Source of the DNA: an uncultured Chloroflexia bacterium
Lineage (GTDB): Bacteria; Chloroflexota; Anaerolineae; JAAYZQ01
Direction: 5' to 3'
Assembly (NCBI GenBank): GCA_963700285.1
Contig: CAVOXA010000009.1
Coordinates: 32,001-96,000 of the forward strand
DNA: 64,000 bases
The position numbers and the translations under genes are program-made. This document shows positions 63,162 to 64,000 of the stretch, in pieces (the stretch's first letter is position 1; each line of letters opens with the position of its first letter). The notes beneath the pieces are model-generated. The model was not told the DNA's origin and ran no database searches. It saw only the letters and a list, made by a program, of their open reading frames with translations.

Positions 63162-63806
63162 ATGGCCAAGGAACTATCCGACCGTCAGAAACGAATGCTG
63201 GAGTTCATCCGGGAGTTTATCTTTGAGAACCAGTTTCCGCCCAGCATCCGCCAGATCGGGGAGGTGGTGGGAATCTCGTCGACCTCGGTGGTCAAGTACA
63301 ACCTAGATGCCCTGGAGCGCAAAGGCTATATCGAGCGCGATCGCGATATCTCGCGCGGGATCCGCATGGTTGAAGACCTGGCTGCTCGAATGGCCGAGGT
63401 GATCCACGTGCCGATGTTGGGGCGCATCGCCGCGGGCTCGCCCATACCAGTGCCAGACTCTGATTTCTCTCCATTTGGCTATGATACCACTGTCGAGCTG
63501 ACCCGGGACATCGTGAAGGATCCAAACAACACCTATGCCCTGGAGGTTCAGGGTGATTCGATGATCGATGCCCTCATTAATGATGGTGATATCGTACTAA
63601 TGCGACATCAGGAGAGGGTAGAGAACGGGGAGCTGGCTGCTGTCTGGGTGCGCAGCCAGGAAGAAACGACCCTCAAGCGTTTCTACCTGGAGGGCGACAA
63701 GGTCCGGCTCCAGCCGGCCAACCCCACGATGCAAGCAATGTTCTACCCGGCCCAGGACGTAGAAATCATGGGCAAAGTGCTGTGCGTCATCCGGCAGTTG
63801 CATTGA
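63162..63806 (+). CDS. lexA: SOS repressor LexA
   Basis: wHTH PPSIRQIG..VGISSTSVV, GRIAAG cleavage site, GDSM (Ser), TLKRF (Lys). Confidence 0.96.
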   Translation: MAKELSDRQKRMLEFIREFIFENQFPPSIRQIGEVVGISSTSVVKYNLDALERKGYIERDRDISRGIRMVEDLAARMAEVIHVPMLGRIAAGSPIPVPDSDFSPFGYDTTVELTRDIVKDPNNTYALEVQGDSMIDALINDGDIVLMRHQERVENGELAAVWVRSQEETTLKRFYLEGDKVRLQPANPTMQAMFYPAQDVEIMGKVLCVIRQLH

Positions 63807-63949
63807 GCTGCCTGCCCCTGCAGTGGGCGGCCTCTGAACCATTCGACCTGAAGGGGCATGTGGAGGATTGTACCTGACCAAGTCGAGTGACGCGACGCCT
63901 CGATACTAGAACAGTAGGTTAAAATACCCGGACTTAACCCGGTTGTGAC

Positions 63950-63991
63950 TTGACGTAGAACGCATGTTCTGATATAATAGAACATGCGTTC
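63950..63991 (+). promoter_or_regulatory. SOS promoter for a gene beyond the window, with two LexA boxes
   Basis: TTGACG-17 bp-TATAAT; GAAC-GCAT-GTTC (63958-63969) and GAAC-ATGC-GTTC (63980-63991). Confidence 0.85.
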
Positions 63992-64000
63992 TATTATTCT

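Overview
GC-rich bacterial chromosome segment, most consistent with Chloroflexota (Anaerolineae-like). The evidence is GAAC-N4-GTTC LexA boxes, a secreted protein with an LYLP-type C-terminal tail, and overall gene content. Many single-base frameshifts occur even in housekeeping genes (asnS, selD, DEAD helicase, cax), so most indels are probably long-read assembly errors. In order, the window holds: glycosyltransferase and glycoside hydrolase genes; a large FG-GAP/CARDB surface protein; AMMECR1, class V aminotransferase, cobB and nfi; a lipid acyltransferase-CDP-alcohol phosphatidyltransferase-cax operon; asnS; an internally deleted ISKra4; four tRNAs (Phe, Gly, Cys, Leu); a yedF-DUF3343-selD selenium cluster whose SelD has an in-frame UGA (Sec); catabolic genes; a DEAD-box helicase with a leader terminator; a mosaic type I restriction-modification/defence island (PIN, hsdM, gene remnants, REP-flanked GIY-YIG, scrambled hsdS, Fic, hsdR, IS4, truncated NB-ARC); a neutral-lipid operon (SDR, acyltransferase, SCP2, WS/DGAT); queA, miaB and rmlC; and lexA with SOS boxes. 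The most unusual signals are (1) the same CCCH zinc-finger-like module fused to two different lipid-storage enzymes of one operon, (2) a GIY-YIG nuclease flanked by CGTC-type palindromic repeats that recur elsewhere as MITE-like units, and (3) helically phased repeat arrays directly behind two wHTH-ending genes in the RM island. All family assignments come from motif recognition, not database searches.
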